Assembly: GCA_038237515.1 (NCBI GenBank)
Contig: JBBRYP010000009.1
Location: 7,953-71,952, forward strand
Length of the DNA stretch: 64,000 nt
DNA from: Gaiellales bacterium
Lineage (GTDB): Bacteria; Actinomycetota; Thermoleophilia; Gaiellales; Gaiellaceae
Direction of reading: 5' to 3'
Positions 63,311 through 64,000 of this stretch are shown here, in pieces; position 1 is the stretch's first letter; each line of letters starts with the position of its first letter. A program made the translations under genes and the position numbers. Below the pieces are notes generated by a model, which searched no databases, was not told where the DNA came from, and saw only the letters and a list, made by a program, of their open reading frames with translations.

Positions 63311-63469
63311 TCAGAGGTACATCACCCATTTGACACCGGGACAGCCGCAGTCCTTGTTCTTCGTGGCGCACTTGCGGCAGTCCCAGAACTCCCACCAGAT
63401 CCACTTCAGGTGGTAGACCTCGAGGACGAGGAGAGCGAGGATCGAGAGGAGGACTTCGGTCTGGGACAC
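63311..63469 (-). CDS. Small membrane protein with Cys-rich tail (52 aa, below the ORF-track cutoff)
   Basis: GTG 63469: VSQTEVLLSILALLVLEVYHLKWIWWEFWDCRKCATKNKDCGCPGVKWVMYL. About 90% third-position GC. Confidence 0.5.
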   Translation of the reverse strand: MSQTEVLLSILALLVLEVYHLKWIWWEFWDCRKCATKNKDCGCPGVKWVMYL

Positions 63470-63754
63470 CCTTCAATCCTCGTCATCGGCGCACCGGGCG
63501 GCAATGGGCCGATCGGCCTATTCTCCCGATCCGCGGGACCCGCCCAGACGTTCGACCTAGCGGGCTCCGTGACGATCAACCTCATCCGCGACGAAGATCC
63601 CTGGGGCGGGTGGTGGTGCCGTCCCTGGGGGTCATCCGCCAAGTACTCGTGGTCGGTGGACGGCGACACGCTCACGCTGAGGCCGGTCGGCGGCATCGAC
63701 CCGAACCATCAACGCGGCGGCGTCTTCACGGGCACCTGGACGCGCGTCCACTGA
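63410..63754 (+). CDS. Hypothetical protein (Trp/Gly-rich beta-type C-terminal domain), 5' end uncertain
   Basis: The coding signal is convincing from about 63476 (ILVIGAPGG...SWSVDGDTLTLRPVGG...GVFTGTWTRVH). The annotated start overlaps the opposite-strand small ORF. There is no canonical start between 63470 and the GTG within GSVTINL. Confidence 0.4.
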   Translation: MVDLEDEESEDREEDFGLGHPSILVIGAPGGNGPIGLFSRSAGPAQTFDLAGSVTINLIRDEDPWGGWWCRPWGSSAKYSWSVDGDTLTLRPVGGIDPNHQRGGVFTGTWTRVH

Positions 63755-63829
63755 TCAGGAGGGAGGGAGGCCGCGCGAGGAGCGGCCTCTCCCGCTTCTT
63801 TCGGGCCAAGGCCGCCGTGAACTTGGTGA

Positions 63830-63902
63830 TGGGCCCGCCAGGATTCGAACCTGGGACCGACGGATTATGAGTCCGCTGCTCTGACCGCTGAGCTACAGGC
63901 CC
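63830..63902 (-). tRNA. tRNA with CAU anticodon (elongator Met, or Ile2 if lysidinylated), no encoded CCA
   Basis: On the minus strand: GGGCCTGTAGCTCAGCGGTCAGAGCAGCGGACTCATAATCCGTCGGTCCCAGGTTCGAATCCTGGCGGGCCCA. This folds as a cloverleaf with a 7-bp acceptor stem, a TPsiC loop GGTTCGAATCC, and an anticodon loop CTCATAA. It lacks the three consecutive G-C pairs in the anticodon stem typical of initiator tRNA. Confidence 0.9.
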
Positions 63903-64000
63903 GGGGGCCGAGCGTAGCGCTCCCGCGCCTCCACACGCGCTTCGCGAAGCGCCGGGGAAGGAGTGCGAGTTAGGTGCGGTTGAACTTCCCGATCGGTAAA

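Overview
About 70% GC, densely coding chromosomal segment with roughly 60 CDS, one tRNA-Met(CAT), no rRNA, no CRISPR array and no intact transposase or integrase. All calls were made by eye from the six-frame translations and the raw sequence. No database search was run. The backbone follows typical high-GC Gram-positive (Actinobacteria-type) synteny: queA / tgt-yajC-secD at the left end, and pdxS-pdxT-yebC-ruvC-ruvA-ruvB ... recJ-rel on the right. Many neighbouring genes share 4-nt GTGA or ATGA stop/start overlaps. Small accessory inserts interrupt the backbone: an AbiEi/AbiEii-like TA pair between queA and tgt; a VapBC islet between ruvB and recJ; a frameshifted SDR gene plus a 400-nt spacer between pdxS and pdxT; and a decayed ECF-sigma-like locus beside a fused PafBC-like WYL regulator. 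Main observations: (1) Four copies of a 220-240 nt, strongly hairpinned GC-rich repeat sit in intergenic DNA (31671-31890, 36518-36737, 36775-37012, 51392-51625). Two of them form a back-to-back inverted pair. Indels between copies break every reading frame and some stem changes are compensatory, so this is a candidate undescribed structured ncRNA or MITE family. (2) A four-gene translationally coupled operon encodes metallophosphoesterase, cyclic-2,3-diphosphoglycerate synthetase, 2-phosphoglycerate kinase and GlpX. This is an archaeal-type cDPG solute pathway in a bacterium, and the phosphoesterase is a candidate for the degradative enzyme. (3) System I cytochrome c maturation genes include a CxxxY (Cys-type) CcmE. 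(4) A near-consensus promoter on the minus strand is followed almost immediately by a UUCG-capped U7 terminator upstream of a DUF1385-aquaporin-pdxS gene string. (5) Several frame disruptions fall at G/C homopolymers, and three genes have no canonical start codon upstream of their conserved N-termini.
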